From positions 5,959-69,958 of the forward strand of contig CAYUAQ010000002.1 of the NCBI GenBank assembly GCA_964442705.1: a stretch of 64,000 nt of DNA, given 5' to 3'. Every line of letters starts with the position of its first letter. Position 1 is the first letter of the stretch. Of the stretch, positions 36,367 to 43,854 are shown piece after piece. The notes under the pieces are model-generated. The model ran no database searches and was not told the DNA's origin. It worked only from the letters and a program-made list of their open reading frames with translations. The DNA comes from an uncultured Desulfobacteraceae bacterium (lineage in GTDB: Bacteria; Desulfobacterota; Desulfobacteria; Desulfobacterales; JALSRD01). The translations under genes and the position numbers were made by a program.

Positions 36367-37698
36367 TCAACGACGGATGACAATATCAGGCCCCACCGAC
36401 ACGACCTCACCGTCGATGCTGGCGTGTACCCGCGCCCCCAGGGCGCCCTCGGGAATCTCGCCGACGAGATCCCCCTCCCGGACGCGGTCCCCGGCGCGCA
36501 CCACGGGCACGGCCGGTTTTCCCAGGTGCTGCTGCAGCGGAATGCGGACCTCGGCAATGTCGGCCGCCCCCTCTTGAAACGGCGGGTGCACATCGTAGCG
36601 CGCCACCTGCAGCCGCTCCATCAGGCGCCGGACCGGCACCTTGCGCGTTTCCAGGAACATCGAAGCCCGGTAGGTCTCGCGGCTGGGTTCACGTTTGACG
36701 CCTTCTTTAAGCAGTTTCTGTTTTACGGCCGCGTTGATTTCCCGCGGCGACAGCATCATGGGGCAGGCAAACTTCTCGCAGATGCCGCACTCGCAGCAGA
36801 TCAGGGCGTCCTCGAGTACTTCCCCCTCCATGCCCGGCGTGTAGGCCAGGTGCCGCATGATGCGGTGCGGCTCCAGCCGGTGGCCGATCAGGTAGCGCGG
36901 GCACAGGTCCGTACAGCGCGAGCACTGGGTACAGGCGGACTTGGCGATCATGCGCATCTGGGTGAGGCTGCGCTGCTTGCCCTGCAGGACATTGTGGCCG
37001 GCCGGCAGCACGATGACCCCGCTGGTGGTCTTGGTGACCGGCGCGCTCTCGTCTTCCAGCACGCGGCCCATCATGGGCCCGCCCGAGACGACGCCGTAAT
37101 CGGAGACCGTCGCCCCCCCGGCCAGGGCGATGACGTCGCGCACCGGCGTGCCGACGGGCAGCCGACAGACCATGGGCTGCCGCACTTCGCCGCACACCGT
37201 CAGATAGCGGTGGGTGACCGGTCGGCCGGCCATGGCGCGCGCGATGTTGAGCAGCGACTCCACGTTGCTGACCACGGTCTGCACGTGCAGCGGGATGCCG
37301 CCCTCGGGGACGATTTTGCCCGTCACCTCGTGCACCAGTATGAACTCGTCCCCGGCCGGGTAGAAGTCTTCCAGTTCGAACACGTCGACCCGCTCCCCGC
37401 AGCCCCGGGCGGAAACCGCCTCGCGCAGCGCCGACACGGCCTGCGGGTGCTTGGACTTCAGGCAGAGCGTGCCGCGGGGGGCATCGGTGCAGTCCATGAC
37501 CGTCAACAGGCCGTCCACGATGGTGGGCGCCTCCCCGGTCATCAGGTGCGGGTCACCGGCCAGCAGCGGTTCGCAGGAGGCGCCGTTGGCCAGCACCCGC
37601 TGCGCCTCGAACTGCAGCTTGACGTGCGTCGGGAACCCGGCGCCACCGGCGCCGACCACGCCCGCCGCCCGCACCTTGTCGACGATATCGGCTCTCAT
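36367..37698 (-). CDS. PduS/RnfC-like Fe-S flavoprotein (electron transfer)
   Basis: 443 aa. AGVVGAGGAGFPTHVKL, two ferredoxin motifs (CTQCSRCTDLCP; CCECGICEKFACP) and a C-terminal barrel-sandwich-like segment. Confidence 0.85.
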   Translation of the reverse strand: MRADIVDKVRAAGVVGAGGAGFPTHVKLQFEAQRVLANGASCEPLLAGDPHLMTGEAPTIVDGLLTVMDCTDAPRGTLCLKSKHPQAVSALREAVSARGCGERVDVFELEDFYPAGDEFILVHEVTGKIVPEGGIPLHVQTVVSNVESLLNIARAMAGRPVTHRYLTVCGEVRQPMVCRLPVGTPVRDVIALAGGATVSDYGVVSGGPMMGRVLEDESAPVTKTTSGVIVLPAGHNVLQGKQRSLTQMRMIAKSACTQCSRCTDLCPRYLIGHRLEPHRIMRHLAYTPGMEGEVLEDALICCECGICEKFACPMMLSPREINAAVKQKLLKEGVKREPSRETYRASMFLETRKVPVRRLMERLQVARYDVHPPFQEGAADIAEVRIPLQQHLGKPAVPVVRAGDRVREGDLVGEIPEGALGARVHASIDGEVVSVGPDIVIRR

Positions 37699-37988
37699 TT
37701 AGGCTTTCCGCCGGCCGCGTCGTCCATTTCCAGGTTGTCGACAATCCCGACCACCACGGCGTCCACGGGCACCGGTTCGTCGCGTCCGAAGGACTGCATG
37801 GCCGGCGTTCCCTGGGTGACGATCACCAGTTCCCCGAAGCCGGCACCCACCTCGTCGGCGGCGATCAGCACGCCGCCCTCGGGTTTCATGTTCCCGCCCA
37901 GCGGCTGAATGAACAGCAGTCTCAGCGCCGCTATGGCGTCCTTTTTCTTGCTGGACCACACGTTTCCGATCACTTTGGCTAATAACAT
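37695..37988 (-). CDS. BMC-P pentameric vertex protein (EutN/PduN/CcmL family)
   Basis: 97 aa. MLLAKVIGNVWSSKK...IAADEVGAGFGELVIVTQGTPA...VDAVVVGIVD. Confidence 0.88.
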   Translation of the reverse strand: MLLAKVIGNVWSSKKKDAIAALRLLFIQPLGGNMKPEGGVLIAADEVGAGFGELVIVTQGTPAMQSFGRDEPVPVDAVVVGIVDNLEMDDAAGGKPK

Positions 37989-38037
37989 CCTGGTTGTCCT
38001 CCGGCCCTGGCAGGCTTACCGGTTTGTCCCCGAAAAA

Positions 38038-38349
38038 TCATTTCAGATCCTCCGAGGCCTCGATGGCCGCGATGCTGGCCTTGACATCGGCGATGTCGCC
38101 GAAGACGCCGATCATGGTGATGTGCTGGGGGCACAGTCCCCGCAGGTCGAAAACGCGGACATCGGCGGCCTTCTCGGCCACGTCGGCGGCCGCGATCATG
38201 TCCACCAGCTTCCCCTGCACGAGCCCCACGGCCGTGAAGGGGATCTCCGCCTCGGCGAACACCTTCTTGCCGGCCGCCCCGGCCCGCTGCCGGAGCATCT
38301 CGAAGACCCCCGGCGCGGGGTGGGATATGATGCGCGTGTTGAATGCCAT
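38038..38349 (-). CDS. circularly permuted BMC-H shell protein (EutS/PduU-like)
   Basis: Start at MAFNTRIISHPAPGV (38349, AGGGGG RBS), 103 aa. AVGLVQGKLVDMIAAADVAEKAADVRVFDLRG...IGVFGDIADVKASIAAI parallels the EutS/PduU order of elements. Confidence 0.75.
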   Translation of the reverse strand: MAFNTRIISHPAPGVFEMLRQRAGAAGKKVFAEAEIPFTAVGLVQGKLVDMIAAADVAEKAADVRVFDLRGLCPQHITMIGVFGDIADVKASIAAIEASEDLK

Positions 38350-38362
38350 TTTAAACCCCCTG

Positions 38363-38408
38363 GCGACACCCGGAAAACGCCCCGCCTGGAGCGCTGCTCC
38401 GGTGTCGC
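38363..38408 (-). other. nested intercistronic hairpin upstream of the EutS-like gene
   Basis: Outer 8-bp stem GCGACACC/GGTGTCGC (38363-38370 / 38401-38408) encloses an inner GGAGC-GCT-GCTCC hairpin (38388-38400). It ends about 13 nt from the RBS, inside a 195-nt GC-rich gap. Confidence 0.3.
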
Positions 38409-38544
38409 GGGTTGCTTCAGAAAGCACCCTGCCCGGTCTTGACGGGCCCGCCGCTGCGCTTCACCGGCCGTCTCGCGGCAACGCCGCGGAACACACCGGC
38501 ACCGGGCGCATGCGCGGTGGCAGAGGGCGCTCCGGGCCGGCCGC

Positions 38545-38823
38545 TCAATCGGCCTTGGGAATCGTGAATTCGATGTCGGCGTGCGGTCTGGGTATGACGT
38601 GCACCGAAACGAGTTCGCCGACGCGCTCGGCCGCGGCGCCGCCGGCATCCGTGGCCGCCTTCACGGCCCCCACGTCGCCGCGCACGAACACGGCCACCAG
38701 GCCGCCGCCCACGAACTCGCGGCCCACGAACTTCACCTTGGCTGCCTTGACCATCGCGTCGGCCGCCTCGATGGCGCCCACCAGGCCTCTGGTTTCAATC
38801 ATACCCAATGCTTGCTCGGCCAT
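38545..38823 (-). CDS. BMC-H shell protein (PduA/EutM type)
   Basis: 92 aa. [34 protein letters not shown]...[10 protein letters not shown]. Confidence 0.93.
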   Translation of the reverse strand: MAEQALGMIETRGLVGAIEAADAMVKAAKVKFVGREFVGGGLVAVFVRGDVGAVKAATDAGGAAAERVGELVSVHVIPRPHADIEFTIPKAD

Positions 38824-38902
38824 TGTCTCTTCCTCCTGTTGTCGGGTTTGAATATTCAGTAAACACGGAACGAATCATGCCGGCGCCCGAAGCGGCGCCA
38901 CT

Positions 38903-39430
38903 TCATCCGGCCGCCGCCGGCGGCCGGCCGTTTTTCAAACGAATGGCACGGGCCTGCATGGACCAATCCAGCGGCACCTCGATGGTCACCGTGGCGGTCT
39001 GGTCCATTTTTTTTCCCTGCCGCACCGCCGCCACACGGGCGTCGCCCAGTTCCCGCCCGGACCGGTCCAGGGCCGTGACAACGTCACCCTCCTCCGGCAG
39101 GGGCAGGTACTCGTAAGGCATCATCACGCTGGCGCGGCCGTCGCCGGGACCCTCGTCGACCAGGAAAATGGCCTGTCCCGGACAGATGTACACGCAGGTC
39201 CGGCAGGCTACGCACTTTTCGCCGTCCAAGTGCGGGATGCCGGTGATGTCGTCGCCCACGACGATGGCGCCGAACTTGCAGCTGGTTTCACACGGGTTGC
39301 AGGGAATGTCCTGCAGGCACTCGATGCAGGCCACCGGTCCCTTGCGGCGGCGTTCGGCTGAGGGCACTCCCGGCGCCTCCAGGAGTTCTTCTTCGGAAAG
39401 GTAGCCCGTAACAGCGGAATCATGCCCCAT
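38903..39430 (-). CDS. ferredoxin-like Fe-S subunit of the amine dehydrogenase complex
   Basis: 175 aa. Cys motifs CIECLQDIPCNPCETSC and CVACRTCVYICP. Overlaps the upstream subunit gene by 11 nt. Confidence 0.7.
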   Translation of the reverse strand: MGHDSAVTGYLSEEELLEAPGVPSAERRRKGPVACIECLQDIPCNPCETSCKFGAIVVGDDITGIPHLDGEKCVACRTCVYICPGQAIFLVDEGPGDGRASVMMPYEYLPLPEEGDVVTALDRSGRELGDARVAAVRQGKKMDQTATVTIEVPLDWSMQARAIRLKNGRPPAAAG

Positions 39431-40523
39431 CTGACTGCCCTTTCATTATGGCGTTGAGGTACTGCTTGGCCTTGCCGCGCCGCTCGCCGTGGCTGCCGCT
39501 GCGCAGCCCCTGGATGCTCTTGTACTGCCGGCCGCGCTGCTCGAGAAAGGACTTCTTGTCGAGGTAGCCCAGGCTGTGGGCGATGGCCAGCCCGGCGATG
39601 CGGCCCTCGATGATGGCGGTGCTGGCCTCCTCGATGCCGGAGATATCGCCGGCGACAAAAATACCCTCGATGGAGGTCTCCATGTTCATGTCATGGGCCG
39701 GTATGCGGCCGCCCAGGGCCGGCACGTGGGCCATGCGGCAGCCGGCCATGCGCAGCAGCTGGGTCATGGGGTTGAGACCTACGGCGATGCAGATGGTGTC
39801 GACCTCGAAATGCTTCTCGGTACCGGCGACAGGTTTCCAGGCCTCGTCCACCTGGACCACCGTGGCGCCCTCCACGCGGTCCGTCCCGTGGGCCGCCTTG
39901 ATGGTGTGCGACATCAGGAAGGGCACCCCCACGCGGGCAATCTTGGCGGCGTGCACGGCATAGGCGCCGATGCGGGGCGCCGCGTCGATGACCGCCGCCA
40001 CGCGGCAGCCAGCCTGCAGCATCTGGTAGCTCACGATGACACCCACGTTGCCCGAACCGATCATGAGGATGTCATTACCCGGCCGGATGCCGTGGATATT
40101 GGCCATGGTCTGTGCCGCGCCAGCGCCGATGACCCCGGGCAGGGTCCAGCCCGGGAAAGGGATCATGTTCTCGGAGGCGCCGGTGGCCACCAGGGTCTTT
40201 TCGCCGCGCACCTGCTCGATGCGGTCACCGATCATGACGTTCATGGCGTGGTTTTCGTAGATGCCCAGTACGACCGAATTGAGGGAGACCTCGACACCCC
40301 GTTCGCGGGCCTCGGCCAGCAGCATGCCGCCGATGTTGAACCCGCGCTCGCGGGCGTGGTGCTCCTGGGATCCGAAGAACTTGTGGATCTGCTTGAACAG
40401 CTGACCGCCCGGGCGTTCGTTTTCGTCGAACACGATCGCCTGCACCCCGTGGCGGGCGGCTTCCACGGCAGCGGCCAGCCCGGCCGGCCCGGCCCCTACG
40501 CATATCATTTCATATCGGCGCAT
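39420..40523 (-). CDS. FAD/NAD(P)-binding pyridine-nucleotide-disulfide-oxidoreductase-like subunit (HcnB/OoxA/SoxA-core-like)
   Basis: 367 aa. Two dinucleotide folds (ICVGAGPAGLAAA; MIGSGNVGVIV) and FVAGDISG near the C-terminus. No folate/GcvT-like domain. Confidence 0.8.
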   Translation of the reverse strand: MRRYEMICVGAGPAGLAAAVEAARHGVQAIVFDENERPGGQLFKQIHKFFGSQEHHARERGFNIGGMLLAEARERGVEVSLNSVVLGIYENHAMNVMIGDRIEQVRGEKTLVATGASENMIPFPGWTLPGVIGAGAAQTMANIHGIRPGNDILMIGSGNVGVIVSYQMLQAGCRVAAVIDAAPRIGAYAVHAAKIARVGVPFLMSHTIKAAHGTDRVEGATVVQVDEAWKPVAGTEKHFEVDTICIAVGLNPMTQLLRMAGCRMAHVPALGGRIPAHDMNMETSIEGIFVAGDISGIEEASTAIIEGRIAGLAIAHSLGYLDKKSFLEQRGRQYKSIQGLRSGSHGERRGKAKQYLNAIMKGQSDGA

Positions 40524-40526
40524 GAA

Positions 40527-40844
40527 TCACTCCCTGGTCTTTGGGGGGCCCTTACCTCTCTGGGTTTCCACCACCATGCCGGCCCGGAGGGGCTCGACGC
40601 AGGTGCGGATGTTGGGCTGTCCGTTGACCACCATGATGCAGTCGGTGCAGCGGCCGATGGCGCAGAACATGCCGCGCGGTTCGTTGCGCCGGGCCGTGTA
40701 ACGGTGAACCATGACACCGTTGCTGTGCAGGGCCACGGCGATGGGTTCGCCTTCGTACCCCTCCATGGTCCTGCCGTCGTAAGTGAACTCCACCCGCGGC
40801 CCCTTTTCAAACTGTCCGAGTATGGGATGCGCTTCGATTCTCAT
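40527..40844 (-). CDS. small [2Fe-2S] subunit (HcnA / SoxA-N-terminal-like, Fer2_4 type)
   Basis: 105 aa. FTYDGRTMEGYEGEPIAVALHSNGV...FCAIGRCTDCIMVVNGQPNIRTC. Confidence 0.8.
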   Translation of the reverse strand: MRIEAHPILGQFEKGPRVEFTYDGRTMEGYEGEPIAVALHSNGVMVHRYTARRNEPRGMFCAIGRCTDCIMVVNGQPNIRTCVEPLRAGMVVETQRGKGPPKTRE

Positions 40845-40889
40845 GGCTGCATTCCTGCCGCTGATAATCCCGAAGAAAAAGTCGCCTGA

Positions 40890-42185
40890 CTAGTAAAACC
40901 CGAAGGGTTCGCCGAAGGTGAAATTGGACCCGATCAGCGGGATGCCGGTCATGGCACAGATCTCCAAGGTCAGCGAACGCAAATCCTCGCGCTCCAGGCT
41001 GGTCAGCTTGGTCTTGCCGGCGGCCTTGGCCAGGATGACGGCCTCGTTGGTCATGGCCTGGATGTAGTTGGCCACCTGCCGGGCGGCGCGGTCCACGTCC
41101 AGGCGAAGTCGCTCTTCGGGATCCTGGGTGCCGATGCCGAAGGCGCAGCGCCCCTCGTGGCAGCGCAGGCAGACCACGCACCCCATGGCGATCATGGCGC
41201 CGGTGCCGATGGCCACCGCATCGGCCCCCAGTGCCAGGGCCTTGGCCACGTCGGCCCCGTCCTTGATGCCGCCCGAGACGATCAGGCTGACCTCTTCCTT
41301 GACACCCATGTCCTCCAGGGAGCGCACGGCCTGCACCAGGGCCGGCAGCGTGGGAATGCCCAGGTGGTTGGAGGCCACCACCGGCGCCGCGCCGGTGCCG
41401 CCCTCGGCGCCGTCGATGACGATGCCGTCCACCCCGGCCTTGACCGCGATCTTGACGTCTTCCCAGACGCGGCCGGCGGCGATCTTGATGAAAATGGGAA
41501 TCTCACCGTCGGTGACGTCCCGCAGTTCCTCCATCTTGAGGCACAGGTCGTCGGCCCCGAAGATGTCGCCGTGGCGGGGATGGCTGTGCAGGTCGATGCC
41601 CTCGGGCAGCTGCCGGAATTCGGCGATCTCCTTGGTGATCTTGCTGGCCATCAGGTGCCCCGAGAGGCCCGGCTTGGCGCCGATGCCCACGATGATCTCC
41701 AGGGCGTCGGTGGCCTCGATGTTGCGCAGCGTGAAGCCTATGCGGCTGGGCAGGATCTGCACCACCTGCTTGTAGGAGTTGGCGCGCTCCTCGGGCAGCA
41801 GGCCGCCCTCGCCGTTGTTGATGGAGGTGCCCACGATGTCCGTGGCCTTGGCCAGGGCGATCTTGGCCTCCTTGCTCAGGGCGCCGTAAGACATGCCCGA
41901 GATCATGATGGGGGTTTCGATGACCAGGGGCTTCTTGGCGAAACGGGCGCCCAGCACCGTGCGAGTCTGGCAGTCCTCGCGGTAAGTGTCGATGGACATG
42001 CGCGTGAGCTGCGACGGCAGGAAGGTCAGGTCGTCAAAGTGCGGCAGCTTGCGCGGGGTGCCGCATCCCCGGATGCGGTGCTTGCCCGCGCTGGCCTTGT
42101 ACTTGATCTCCGATATGGTCTCCGCCGACCACACGCCCCGCTGGACATCCTTGGCTCTGGGGGTCTTCTTCTCTTCTGCGGCCAT
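40890..42185 (-). CDS. glutamate-synthase FMN-domain-like protein (MgsC/GlxD-like)
   Basis: 431 aa. ISGMSYGALS, DGAEGGTGAAP, GGIKDGADVAKALALGADAV, Cys cluster CVVCLRCHEGRC. ATGA overlap with the upstream gene. Confidence 0.85.
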   Translation of the reverse strand: MAAEEKKTPRAKDVQRGVWSAETISEIKYKASAGKHRIRGCGTPRKLPHFDDLTFLPSQLTRMSIDTYREDCQTRTVLGARFAKKPLVIETPIMISGMSYGALSKEAKIALAKATDIVGTSINNGEGGLLPEERANSYKQVVQILPSRIGFTLRNIEATDALEIIVGIGAKPGLSGHLMASKITKEIAEFRQLPEGIDLHSHPRHGDIFGADDLCLKMEELRDVTDGEIPIFIKIAAGRVWEDVKIAVKAGVDGIVIDGAEGGTGAAPVVASNHLGIPTLPALVQAVRSLEDMGVKEEVSLIVSGGIKDGADVAKALALGADAVAIGTGAMIAMGCVVCLRCHEGRCAFGIGTQDPEERLRLDVDRAARQVANYIQAMTNEAVILAKAAGKTKLTSLEREDLRSLTLEICAMTGIPLIGSNFTFGEPFGFY

Positions 42186-42886
42186 TATCCCTGTGCCCTT
42201 CGTTTGTGGGTTGGTTTGAAAAGAACGTACTCGTGACGCCCATAGACCTTGGGTACGATGGTGTGGAAATCCTCCACGCCGTGTTCGACGCCGTATTTCG
42301 CGAACAGGGCTTCCAGTGCGCTTTTTTCGCTATCCTCGACGGGGATCAGGCGCACGTTGCCACCCAGTTTTTTCTCGGCCGCCGCGTCCATCACGTGGAT
42401 GCGGCCATTGTACATAGACTCGCCGATGCCCTCGCCCACGCTTCCCAGGATCACGATGCGCCCGCCCAGGGTCATCTTGCCGGCCCAACGCCCCACGTCG
42501 CCGCACACGATGAGCGTGCCGCCCTTCATGCCCCAGCCCGCCCGGCTGCCGGAGTTTCCCCGGATCACGATGGTGCCGCCCACCATGGAGGGCGCCGCGT
42601 TGCTGCCGGTGTTCATCTCCACGATGATCTCGCCGGCCGACATGTTGTCGCCGGTGTACCAGCCGGTGTTGCCCTCGACCACGATGGCGGGCCCCTCCAG
42701 GAATCCGCCCGTGTAGAAGCCCGTGCTGCCGTGCACGGTGATTTTCCCTTCCCCCTTCAGGGCGGTGGCGAAGTTGTGGATGGAGTGGGGGTTGTCGACT
42801 TCGATCTGGGCCTCTGTCTTGATCAGCTCCCGCAGCCGGCGATTGACTTCCCGGGAGCTCATGCCTGCTATGTCTAAACGGACCAT
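42185..42886 (-). CDS. GXGXG-motif protein (glutamate synthase C-terminal-domain-like; MgsB/GlxC-like)
   Basis: Start at MVRLDIAGMSSREVNRRL (42886). Repeated beta-helix motifs (HGSTGFYTGGFLEG, EGNTGWYTGDNMSAG, RGNSGSRAGWGMKGG). Confidence 0.85.
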   Translation of the reverse strand: MVRLDIAGMSSREVNRRLRELIKTEAQIEVDNPHSIHNFATALKGEGKITVHGSTGFYTGGFLEGPAIVVEGNTGWYTGDNMSAGEIIVEMNTGSNAAPSMVGGTIVIRGNSGSRAGWGMKGGTLIVCGDVGRWAGKMTLGGRIVILGSVGEGIGESMYNGRIHVMDAAAEKKLGGNVRLIPVEDSEKSALEALFAKYGVEHGVEDFHTIVPKVYGRHEYVLFKPTHKRRAQG

Positions 42887-43773
42887 ACCCGTACTCCTCC
42901 TGGATCCATCTCCGTGGCATAGACGTCGGAGACGATGGGGGTTAAACAAATCTGTTCCGATCCCAGCAGTACCGTTCCGTCGCCCTTTTCGAAGAACAGT
43001 ACGGGCTTGATGCCCAGCCGGTCCCGCAGGGCGCCGATTTTGTCGGCGGTGGAGGCCAGGATGGTGAACACGCCGTCGAAGGTTTCCAGTCCCTGGTGAA
43101 GGGCCGCCTCCAGGTCCAGTCCCTTCTCCTTCATCTGGTGGGCCAGGAAGTGAACCGCCATCTCGGAGTCGTTGTTGGTCTTGAAGCGCACGCCCCAGCT
43201 CTCCATACGGCGGCGCATGTTGAAGTAGTTGGTGAACTGGCCGTTATGCACGATGGCCAGCTCGGGGTAGAGGTAGGAGACGAAGGGGTGCGCGAAATTG
43301 ATGTTCTCCACACTCTCGGTGGCCAGGCGCACGTGGCCGATGCCGTGGGTGCCCAGGGTGGGCGGAATGTGGTGCTGCTCCTGCAGCTCGGCGGCCGACC
43401 CCTCGTCCTTGTATACCTTGATGCGGCGGCCCAGGGAGTGCACGCAAAGTTCCGGGTGGTCGTCGATGGCCCGGTGCAGGTCGGCCATGCGGGCGTCATC
43501 CATGTCCACGCAAGCCTCGTAGAAGGTGAAAACCCCCCGTCCCTGGTAGCAGCGCTCTTCGGAGATGCGCCCGTAGGCGCCGATGACCTGCTCCAGCTTT
43601 TCACGGTGCTCTGGTGCCGTCAGCGATACCCGCAGGTCGACGGTGTCCCGGTTTTCGTAGACCGCGATCCCCGTGGCGTCCCGGCCGCGGTGGATGAGTT
43701 CCTTGAGCATGCTGATCAGATCGTTTCCCAGCGTGGGGGAATCCTTGGCAATCAGCCCGGCGATACCGCACAT
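42874..43773 (-). CDS. class II (Ntn) glutamine amidotransferase-like protein (MgsA/GlxB-like)
   Basis: 299 aa. Met-Cys N-terminus MCGIAGLIAK (Cys nucleophile after Met removal). GHVRLAT, HNGQFTNY. Confidence 0.85.
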   Translation of the reverse strand: MCGIAGLIAKDSPTLGNDLISMLKELIHRGRDATGIAVYENRDTVDLRVSLTAPEHREKLEQVIGAYGRISEERCYQGRGVFTFYEACVDMDDARMADLHRAIDDHPELCVHSLGRRIKVYKDEGSAAELQEQHHIPPTLGTHGIGHVRLATESVENINFAHPFVSYLYPELAIVHNGQFTNYFNMRRRMESWGVRFKTNNDSEMAVHFLAHQMKEKGLDLEAALHQGLETFDGVFTILASTADKIGALRDRLGIKPVLFFEKGDGTVLLGSEQICLTPIVSDVYATEMDPGGVRVWSV

Positions 43774-43854
43774 GGTGGGCCTCCCGTATCGGCTTGAAAT
43801 GGCTCCGGGCGTCTGCGATCGCCCCCGGAGCAGTGATTTGTTTTCCGCCGCGCC

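Noticed and set aside
35770-37908. 712-aa plus-strand ORF opposite the PduT-like, PduS-like and BMC-P genes
   Set aside because: Same reasoning: antisense to three motif-bearing genes with a repetitive Ala/Arg/Gly/Ser/Thr composition. The same applies to 43861-45189(+), 46595-48184(+), 39489-40889(+), 41157-42236(+), 16112-17452(+), 17337-18848(+) and 55878-57341(-).
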